Source: Vicinamibacterales bacterium
GTDB taxonomy: Bacteria; Acidobacteriota; Vicinamibacteria; Vicinamibacterales; UBA8438
Assembly: GCA_965263195.1 (NCBI GenBank)
Contig: OZ253664.1
Span: 1,922,250-1,986,249 of the forward strand
Direction: 5' to 3'
Length of the DNA: 64,000 bases
In this document: positions 57,463 through 64,000 of the stretch, piece by piece
Numbering within the stretch: position 1 is the stretch's first letter
How the letters are laid out: each line of letters begins with the position of its first letter
The notes under the pieces: model-generated
The model's input: the letters and a program-made list of their open reading frames with translations, nothing else
Databases searched by the model: none
Told to the model about the DNA's origin: nothing
Position numbers and translations under genes: made by a program

Positions 57463-57887
57463 TCAGCGCCTGACGTACTTCTTCAGGGCGCGCGGGTTCA
57501 CTTCAGCGCCGTAGAGGTGCCCCGCCGCGTCAACCGCCACACCCTCCGCCGCGCTCGTGCCGTTCGGCGGATCCGGATTGGAATCCGGGATGAAGTACAT
57601 GACCTCCCCGCTGCGGGCGCTGCCGATCCGGATGCCCCGCTTCCAGACCGTACAGCATGTCGTCCTTGTCAATGAAGTTGCCGTCCTTGTCGAACTTGAC
57701 GATTCGCGCCACCGTCTCGGGCGGCGCGTCCGGATGGCCCGTATGCCCTTCCGACACGAAGATGTCGCCGTTCGGCGCCGTGACGACGTCGCACGGCGTG
57801 AAGAGCGGCCGGCGAGGCGCCCGCCACGACAAACAGAACCGCCGCAGCGGCGCAACCCCGTCCGGATCGGGCGCGCAGTGTGGACAT
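57463..57887 (-). pseudogene. NHL-repeat (PAL-like) beta-propeller remnant with multiple deletions and frameshifts
   Basis: Signal peptide MSTLRARS...PAALHA; frameshift to PCDVVTAPNGDIFVSEGH...RIVKFDKDGNFI|DKDDMLY; frameshift to WKRGIRIGSA...AAEGVAVDAAG.LYGAEV...KKYVRR*. Confidence 0.75.
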
Positions 57888-57979
57888 CGGTTTAGCTCCC
57901 CCAGCCGTCGTGAAATGCGCCGCGCGGGGCGCGGAAGGCCGATTATACCGGCGGCGGCAGACGGGATTACAATGTGGCG

Positions 57980-59221
57980 ATGACGATTCCCACCGTGACG
58001 CGCATCGGCGTTGTGCTGCTACTCCTGACCGCGCCCGCGGTTGGGGCGGAAGACTGGCCGGAGTTTCGGGGACCGGACGGCCAGGGCCACTCGGCGGAAC
58101 GCGGGCTGCCGGCAAAGTGGAGCGAATCCGAGAACGTGCAGTGGAAGACGCCCGTGCCGGGCCGGGGCTGGTCGACGCCGGTGATTGTCGGCGGCCGCGT
58201 CTGGCTCACCACCGCCACCGCTGACGGCGGCGGCGTGTTGCGGCTGCTCGCGTTCGATGCCGATTCCGGGCAGGCGGTGCTCGACGCCGAGGTTTTGCGC
58301 ACGGAGGACGAAAGCTCTCCAAACCCCAAGAACAGCCTGGCATCGCCCACGCCGATTGTCGACGGCGACCGCGTGTACGTCCACTTCGGCGCGCTCGGCA
58401 CCGCCGCGCTGACCACCGCCGGCGAGATCGTCTGGACGGCACGGTTCCCGTACGTGACGCAGCACGGCTACGGCGGCTCGCCGATCCTGTACGACGACCT
58501 GCTGGTCCTCAACGGCGACGGTTACGACGTGGCGTTCGTGGTGGCGCTCGACAAGCGCACCGGGGAGGTCCGCTGGAAGGCGGACCGGGAGCAGCCGGTA
58601 TCGCAGGCGTATTCGACGCCGCTGCTCATCAACGTCGGCGGCCAGGACCAGATCGTCAGCGTCGCCGCGTTCCGCGCGTCGGCCCACGATCCCGCCACCG
58701 GCGACGAGCTGTGGCGCGTGCGCTACGGGCGCGGCTTCTCGAACGTCCCGCGGCCGGTATTCGGACACGGCCTCGTCTTCATCGCCACCGGCTTCCAGAC
58801 GCCGTCGATGCTGGCGGTGCGCGCCGACGGGTCGGGCGACGTGACCGACACGCACGTGGCATGGACGCTGCGGCGCGGGGCGCCGCACACCCCCTCTCCG
58901 CTGCTGGTCGGCCGCGAGCTGTACATGGTGAGCGACCGGGGCGTGCTGACCTGCATTGACGCCGAGAGCGGCGAGGTCCACTGGCAGCAGCGTATCGGGG
59001 GCAACTACTCCGCCTCGCCGGTATTCGCGGACGGGCGCATCTACATCCATAGCGAGGAAGGCAAGACGACCGTGCTCGCGCCCGGGACGACCTATTCCGA
59101 GCTGGCCATCAATCAGCTCGACGGGTCGATGCTCGCCTCGATGGCGGTCGCGGATGGTTCGCTCTTCCTGCGTACGTCCAGCCACCTGTACCGTATCGGC
59201 GGCGGAACCGGGCAGCAGTGA
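57980..59221 (+). CDS. PQQ-binding-like beta-propeller repeat protein (BamB-like), secreted
   Basis: Signal peptide; DWPEFRGP.GQG, ENVQWKT.VPGRGWSTP, NSLASPTP, AYSTP, SASPV; TACAAT 6 nt before ATG. Confidence 0.88.
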   Translation: MTIPTVTRIGVVLLLLTAPAVGAEDWPEFRGPDGQGHSAERGLPAKWSESENVQWKTPVPGRGWSTPVIVGGRVWLTTATADGGGVLRLLAFDADSGQAVLDAEVLRTEDESSPNPKNSLASPTPIVDGDRVYVHFGALGTAALTTAGEIVWTARFPYVTQHGYGGSPILYDDLLVLNGDGYDVAFVVALDKRTGEVRWKADREQPVSQAYSTPLLINVGGQDQIVSVAAFRASAHDPATGDELWRVRYGRGFSNVPRPVFGHGLVFIATGFQTPSMLAVRADGSGDVTDTHVAWTLRRGAPHTPSPLLVGRELYMVSDRGVLTCIDAESGEVHWQQRIGGNYSASPVFADGRIYIHSEEGKTTVLAPGTTYSELAINQLDGSMLASMAVADGSLFLRTSSHLYRIGGGTGQQ

Positions 59222-59273
59222 CAGCGACAATGGGCAACGTCCACGACGGAAGCGGCGTGAAATCAGGGCCACC

Positions 59274-62200
59274 ATGAACGGAATGATCGAGTGGTTCGCG
59301 CGCAACCCGGTGGCCGCCAACCTGCTGATGCTGTTCATCATGGTCGCCGGGTTGATCGGGATGTTCAACGTCCGGGGCGAGACCTTCCCCGAGATCGAGC
59401 TCGACATGGTGAGCATCCAGGTGCCGTATCTGGGCGCCGCACCGGAAGAGGTCGAGGAGGGCGTCTGCATCCGCATCGAGGAGGCGATACAGGGCATCGA
59501 CGGCATCGAGCAGATCATTTCCACGGCGAACGAAGGCTCCGGCACGGTGATGGTCGAGGTCGCCCTCGGCAGCGACACGCGGCGCGTGCTCGACGACATC
59601 AAGACCAACGTTGACGCCATCGAGACGTTCCCGGAGGAAACCGAGAAACCCATCATCACCGAGCTGTTGGCGCGGTTCCGGGTCGTGGACATCGCCGTGT
59701 CGGGTCAGACCGACGAGTTCACCCTCAAGTCGATCGCCGAGCGGGTGCGCGACGACCTCGCCGCCCAGCCGGGAATTTCCCAGGTCGAATTCGCCAGCGC
59801 GCGGCCCTACGAGATCTCCATCGAGGTGTCCGAGGACGCTCTCCGGCGCCATGGCTTGTCGTTCGACGACATCTCCGACGCCGTGCGCCGCTCGTCGCTC
59901 GACATGCCGGGCGGGTCGGTGCGCAGCGAGAGCGGTGAGATCCTCCTCCGCACGATCGGCCAGGCGTACCGCGGCGCGGAGTTCGAGAGGCTGGTGGTCA
60001 TGGCGCGGCCCGACGGGACGCGGCTGCATCTGGGCGACGTGGCGACCGTCGTCGACGGCTTCGCCGAGACGGATCAATTCGGGCGCTTCGACGGCGAGCC
60101 GACCATCCTCGTCTCGATCTTCCGCAGCGGCGAGCAGAGCGACATGGAGATCGCCGGCGCGGTGGACGACTACATGGCCCGCGCGCAGGCCGGCATGCCG
60201 GAGGGGATCACGCTGACGGTCTGGATGAACCAGGCCGAAGTCCTGATCGACCGGCTGTCGCTCATGCTGCGGAACGGCGCCATGGGTTTCGCGCTCGTAT
60301 TCGTGATGCTGGCGCTGTTCCTCGAGCTGCGCCTTGCGTTCTGGGTCAGCCTGGGGATCCCCATCTCCTTCCTCGGCATGATCATGCTGATGCCGAGCCT
60401 CGACGTCACGGCCAACGTGGTCTCGACGTTCGCCTTCATCATGGTGCTCGGCATCGTCGTGGACGACGCCATCATCATCGGCGAGAACATCCACCGCCAC
60501 CAACAGCGAAATCCCAATCGCCTGGAGGCCGCCATCAGCGGCGCGCAGGAGATCTCGACGCCGGTCACCTTCGCGGTGCTGACGACCGTCGCGGCGTTCT
60601 CACCGCTGCTGTTCGTGCCCGGCATGATGGGCAAGATGATGATCTTCATACCGATGGTCGTCATCCCCTGCCTGCTGTTCTCGCTGGTCGAGTGTCTCAA
60701 TATCCTGCCCGCGCACCTGGCGCACCGCAAGGAGGGCCGGCACGGGTTGTGGCACTGGTTCCAGAGCCACTTCGCAGAGGGACTCGAGAAGTTCGTCGCC
60801 CGCGTGTACCGCCCCGCGCTGGGGTTCGGCCTACGCTGGCGGTATCTCTCGCTGGCCGTCGGCGTGTCGACGCTTATCGTGACCGGCGGAATGGTAGCCG
60901 CAGGCTGGGTCCAGTTCCACTTCTTCCCGTCGCCGGAGGCGTCGGTCATCTCGGCGACGCTCACGATGCCGCTGGGCAGCCCGCCGGCCGCCACGTCGGC
61001 GGCGATCCAGCGCCTGGAGGACGGTGCGGCGCTGCTGGAGCAGGAAGTTCTGGAGCAGACCGGAATCGACGCGATCACACACGTGTACGCCGCCGTGGGC
61101 GATCAACCGATGGGGGGCGAGGGCCCCGGTCCGCTGCGGGCGCTCGGAAGCGCGTCGTCGGGGCATCTCGGCCAGGTGATGATCGAGTTGGCGCCGCCGG
61201 ACGAGCGGCCGATGCGGGCGGAGGAGCTGGCGAACCGCTGGCGGGATCTGACCGGCGCGATCCCGGAAGCGACCGAGCTTACCTACGTCGCGTCGGAGGC
61301 CAATGCGGGCAGCGACGTCGACGTGATGCTGGTTGGCCCCGACGTGGACCGGATGCAGGCGGCCGCCGACCGGCTGAAGCAGCAGTTGCGGGGATATACG
61401 GGCGTCTACGACGTCACGGACTCGTTCATGGCCGGCAAGGCGGAGATCAAGCTGGGCATCACGCCGGCCGCCGAGTCGCTCGGGCTCACCTTGCAGGACC
61501 TCGGCCGGCAGGTGCGCCAGGCATTCTACGGCGAGGAAACCCAGCGCATTCAGCGCGGCCGCGACGACATCCGTGTCATGGTCCGGTATCCGGCCGATGA
61601 GCGCCGATCCCTGGGGGATCTGGAGCGCATGCGCATCCGGACTCCCGACGGGGCGGAAGTGCCGTTCAGCCACGTTGCCGTCGTCGACCCGGGCCGCGGC
61701 TTCGCGTCGATCAAGCGCGTCGACCGCAACCGGGCGATCAACGTGATGGCGTCGATTGACGAGAACGCAACATCGACGGGCGCCGTGAACGGCGACCTCG
61801 CCGCCAACGTCCTCCCGCAGCTGATGGCGGACTACCCCGGCGTGCGCTACGCCTTCGAAGGGGTGGAGGCCGAGCAGCGGGATGCCGTCGGCGGTCTGCA
61901 GATCGGGTTCACGCTGGCGATGTTCGGGATCTTCGCGCTGCTGGCCATTCCACTGAAGTCGTACATCCAACCGCTAATCATCATGAGCGCCATCCCGTTC
62001 GGCTTCGTGGGCGCCGTCTGGGGTCACATCTTCATGGGCGAGAACGTATCGATGATGTCGACGATGGGCATCGTGGCGCTGTCGGGCGTCGTCGTCAACG
62101 ACAGCCTGGTGATGGTCGACTTCGTCAATCGCCACCGCCGGACCGGCGCCTCCCTAATGGAGGCCGTGCAGGAAGCCGGCGCGGTCCGCTTCCGGCCCAT

Positions 62201-62459
62201 CCTGCTGACCTCGCTCACGACGTTCGCCGGTCTGGCGCCGCTGCTGTTCGAGCAGAGCACGCAGGCCGACTTCCTCAAGCCGATGGCCATCTCGCTGGCG
62301 TTCGGCGTGATATTCGCCACCTTCATCACCCTGGTGCTGGTGCCGACCTCCTACATGATCCTGGAAGACATCAAGTGGGTGCTGCGACGTGTGCTGCGCC
62401 GGCCGGAACCGGACAGCGGCGGGGAGCAGCCGGGACACGTCCTGGAACCGGCCCGCTAG
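59274..62459 (+). CDS. RND efflux permease (AcrB/AcrD/AcrF family)
   Basis: WFARNPVAANLLM, YLGAAPEEVEE, GIVVDDAIIIGEN, GVVVNDSLV, RFRPILLTSLTT. Confidence 0.93.
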   Translation: MNGMIEWFARNPVAANLLMLFIMVAGLIGMFNVRGETFPEIELDMVSIQVPYLGAAPEEVEEGVCIRIEEAIQGIDGIEQIISTANEGSGTVMVEVALGSDTRRVLDDIKTNVDAIETFPEETEKPIITELLARFRVVDIAVSGQTDEFTLKSIAERVRDDLAAQPGISQVEFASARPYEISIEVSEDALRRHGLSFDDISDAVRRSSLDMPGGSVRSESGEILLRTIGQAYRGAEFERLVVMARPDGTRLHLGDVATVVDGFAETDQFGRFDGEPTILVSIFRSGEQSDMEIAGAVDDYMARAQAGMPEGITLTVWMNQAEVLIDRLSLMLRNGAMGFALVFVMLALFLELRLAFWVSLGIPISFLGMIMLMPSLDVTANVVSTFAFIMVLGIVVDDAIIIGENIHRHQQRNPNRLEAAISGAQEISTPVTFAVLTTVAAFSPLLFVPGMMGKMMIFIPMVVIPCLLFSLVECLNILPAHLAHRKEGRHGLWHWFQSHFAEGLEKFVARVYRPALGFGLRWRYLSLAVGVSTLIVTGGMVAAGWVQFHFFPSPEASVISATLTMPLGSPPAATSAAIQRLEDGAALLEQEVLEQTGIDAITHVYAAVGDQPMGGEGPGPLRALGSASSGHLGQVMIELAPPDERPMRAEELANRWRDLTGAIPEATELTYVASEANAGSDVDVMLVGPDVDRMQAAADRLKQQLRGYTGVYDVTDSFMAGKAEIKLGITPAAESLGLTLQDLGRQVRQAFYGEETQRIQRGRDDIRVMVRYPADERRSLGDLERMRIRTPDGAEVPFSHVAVVDPGRGFASIKRVDRNRAINVMASIDENATSTGAVNGDLAANVLPQLMADYPGVRYAFEGVEAEQRDAVGGLQIGFTLAMFGIFALLAIPLKSYIQPLIIMSAIPFGFVGAVWGHIFMGENVSMMSTMGIVALSGVVVNDSLVMVDFVNRHRRTGASLMEAVQEAGAVRFRPILLTSLTTFAGLAPLLFEQSTQADFLKPMAISLAFGVIFATFITLVLVPTSYMILEDIKWVLRRVLRRPEPDSGGEQPGHVLEPAR

Positions 62460-62477
62460 AAGCCCGTCCGAGGCGCC

Positions 62478-64000
62478 TCAACCCGACACGTCGAGACCGA
62501 CGGCGGCCATCAGGGCCAGGGCGTTGGTGCCGGTCGCACGGCCGGGACGCAGATGGTAGTCGAACGTCATCTTGCCGCCGGCGAACTGGTCCTCGAAATG
62601 CACGTTGACCGCCGCCGGCGCGAGGCGCTCGGCGAGACCGGCCAGCGCGAGGTCGTGCGTCGTGATCAGACCGACGGCCCGCAGCCCGATGAAGTACCGC
62701 AGCACGCCGTGCGCGCCCTCGAGGCGGTCACGCGAGTTCGTGCCGTGGAACAGTTCGTCGAGCAGGAACAGCAGCGGCGTTGACCCGCGCGCCATGTCCA
62801 CCAGGCGGCGCAGGCGCACGATCTCGGCGTAGAAGCGCGAGCGCCCGTCGAGCAGGGAATCCTGCACCCGCAGCGTGCCGCCAATCACCAGCGGCGAGAG
62901 CCGCAGGCGCCGCGCCCGCACCGTCCCGCCCGCCAGCGCGAGTACGGCGTTGACGCCTACCGTACGCAGCAGCGTGGTCTTGCCGGACATGTTCGAGCCG
63001 CTGACGACCAGCAACTGCGGCTCGGCGCCGAGCGCTACGTCGTTGGCGACCGCCAGGGCGCGCGGCAGTATCGGATGCGCCAGCGCCTCACCTTCGTAGA
63101 CCGGCGCGGCGCCGTCGGCCAGCTCCGGGAACGGGTCGTCCGGGCGCCCGAAATGGTAGGTGGCGAGCGACGCCAGCGCCTCGAGCTCTCCGGCGCTCCG
63201 CAGCCATCCCTCCACCGCCGGCCCGTGCCGCGCGCGCCACGCCTCGACGGCCAGCGCGCATTGCGGGCCCCAGAGCAGGACGGCGGCGATCGGCGCAAAG
63301 ATCGTGTTGTGCTGCCAATCGTGCATCTGGACCGGCCGGCTCAGGCGGCGGGCGGCCCGCACGGGATCGCCCGCGGCGTCGCCGAGGTTGGCGGCGAACT
63401 GTTGCAGACGTTCGGCCGCAAACGGCTCGCGCCGCACGCGGCCGGCCAGCGCGGCGAACAGGTCGAGCTCGCGCGACGGCACGGAGGCGCCGTGCAGCAC
63501 GCGGGCAACCTGCCGGCCGAACAGCATGCCGCCGACGGCGTTGACTGCCGCGACGCCGAGCGGGACCGTCCAGGACACGAACCCCGCGGCCGCCGCGGTG
63601 CTGGCGGCCACGACCGCCGCCGCCAGCGTGCCGGCGGCCAGCCGCAGAATGCCGCCGGCAAGCTGCGGCGGAGCAATAGCCCACTCGATCAATTTGGCGG
63701 ATTCGACCCCGGCGCGCACGTCCGCGCCGAGCGTGTACAGATCCTCGCGAAACTGCGGGCGGGCGGCCAGGTCGCCTACCGCCGCCTGGCGGCGGCGCAC
63801 CGTGCCCGCATCCGCCCCGGACAACAGCCAGCGGGCCAGCGTCTCCTCCCCCGCTGCCGTCTGGGCAGTGGCCAGCAGCTGGAAGAGCGACCCGCTGCCG
63901 AAGATGTCCAGGTCGAGCGCATACGGATGGTCGGCGTCTTTGAACCGCTCCCCCGCGTCGCCCTGCCCGACCCAGCGATCCTCGAGGCGTGCGAGTCCGA
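62478..64000 (-). CDS. MutS-related ATPase (domain V, membrane-anchored type); 5' end outside window
   Basis: HPYALDLDIFG..SLFQ, SGSNMSGKTT.LR, DSL.DG.SRFYAE, LLDELFHGTNS, TTHDL, HFED. Confidence 0.9.
   Translation of the reverse strand, partial: GLARLEDRWVGQGDAGERFKDADHPYALDLDIFGSGSLFQLLATAQTAAGEETLARWLLSGADAGTVRRRQAAVGDLAARPQFREDLYTLGADVRAGVESAKLIEWAIAPPQLAGGILRLAAGTLAAAVVAASTAAAAGFVSWTVPLGVAAVNAVGGMLFGRQVARVLHGASVPSRELDLFAALAGRVRREPFAAERLQQFAANLGDAAGDPVRAARRLSRPVQMHDWQHNTIFAPIAAVLLWGPQCALAVEAWRARHGPAVEGWLRSAGELEALASLATYHFGRPDDPFPELADGAAPVYEGEALAHPILPRALAVANDVALGAEPQLLVVSGSNMSGKTTLLRTVGVNAVLALAGGTVRARRLRLSPLVIGGTLRVQDSLLDGRSRFYAEIVRLRRLVDMARGSTPLLFLLDELFHGTNSRDRLEGAHGVLRYFIGLRAVGLITTHDLALAGLAERLAPAAVNVHFEDQFAGGKMTFDYHLRPGRATGTNALALMAAVGLDVSG

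Noticed and set aside
58956-59273. N-terminal extension of the RND ORF
   Set aside because: Overlaps the upstream propeller gene; family-typical sequence starts at MNGMIEWFARN (59274).

Overview
High-GC bacterial DNA. The many PQQ beta-propeller proteins, the DUF5916 and LVIVD secreted proteins and a SYLF protein suggest Acidobacteriota, Vicinamibacteria-like; this is an inference from gene content only. The two flanks (1-15.3 kb and 38-64 kb) carry housekeeping, envelope and metabolic genes: tilS, PQQ dehydrogenases with a cytochrome c, peptidases M1/M16/M48/matrixin, amidohydrolases, an amidase, CitE/MaoC, an octaheme cytochrome c, an RND permease and a MutS-like ATPase. The centre (about 15.3-37.9 kb) is a defence island built on a complete class I DISARM system (drmD-drmMI...drmA-drmB-drmC). 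It is split into blocks: a vapBC module sits directly in front of drmMI and another is coupled to drmA. About 5.4 kb of cargo lies between them: a CoiA-like nuclease with an amber stop, an ImmA-PIN pair, an orphan VapC, a DUF4258/MqsA-like TA pair, a BrnA fragment and an ABC ATPase + DUF4276 pair. Most of this cargo appears eroded by short-homology deletions. Nearby is a TM0106/Cas4-like nuclease fused to a UPF1-like helicase (Dna2-like architecture). A ~85-bp structured repeat with compensatory base changes occurs three times; one copy is inserted in frame in a signal peptide and another supplies a gene's stop codon. I saw no CRISPR array, rRNA, tRNA, integrase or transposase. All family calls come from motif recognition by eye, with no database search.
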